Part shown: positions 63,986 through 64,000 of the stretch, in pieces
Position numbering within the stretch: the first letter of the stretch is position 1
How the letters are laid out: the number at the start of each line of letters is the position of its first letter
From: a virus
Virus record (IMG/VR): IMGVR_UViG_3300045988_171772
Coordinates: 64,001 to 128,000 of that record
Length of the DNA stretch: 64,000 nt
Reading direction: 5' to 3' (one strand)
Notes under the pieces: model-generated
Seen by the model: the letters and a program-made list of their open reading frames with translations, nothing else
Databases searched by the model: none
Told to the model about the DNA's origin: nothing
Position numbers and translations under genes: made by a program

Positions 63986-64000
63986 TGAGGATCTATACAG

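Noticed and set aside
1-64000. Prophage or integrative element, diversity-generating retroelement, or retron
   Set aside because: No integrase, recombinase, reverse-transcriptase or transposase-like ORF is present in any frame. The only direct repeats (62968 and 63886) flank a 0.9-kb cassette, not a prophage.

Overview
This window is a 64-kb slice of a large contractile-tailed phage genome. It is densely packed with ORFs led by Shine-Dalgarno (SD) sites and with hairpin plus T-run terminators. That style suggests a Bacillota host, which is an inference. Recognisable genes are an NAD-dependent DNA ligase, two GNAT acetyltransferases, a PD-(D/E)XK nuclease, a GH25 endolysin, two holin-like membrane proteins, a DnaG/TOPRIM primase, dUTPase, a FEN-like nuclease and a RusA resolvase. 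Structural genes include tail sheath and tube, a baseplate-tube-like protein, a 2774-aa tape-measure-like giant protein with two papain-like Cys-peptidase domains, and a tail-collar-domain protein. There is one tRNA-Thr(UGU). There are also pieces of a multisubunit RNA polymerase: a beta-like gene and a stand-alone beta-prime middle fragment, which is the phiKZ/AR9-type transcription strategy. Three things stand out. (1) A 340-nt ORF-less group I intron splits the beta-like gene inside the GDK...KG motif, and its P1, P10 and P7 pairings can be read by eye. (2) Two recurrent upstream motifs, CTATATATTAT (with a TAGAAAG leader) and AACA-N6-TAA, divide genes into two promoter classes. (3) Four ORF-free blocks of 0.5-1.6 kb (about 11.6-12.5, 51.3-52.9, 55.8-57.1 and 61.9-62.5 kb) show strand-composition skew, ATAGAGA/CTATAG word enrichment, 14-20-bp perfect nested hairpins and 21-nt phased repeats. 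I cannot assign these blocks a function. I saw no CRISPR array, integrase, reverse transcriptase or rRNA.
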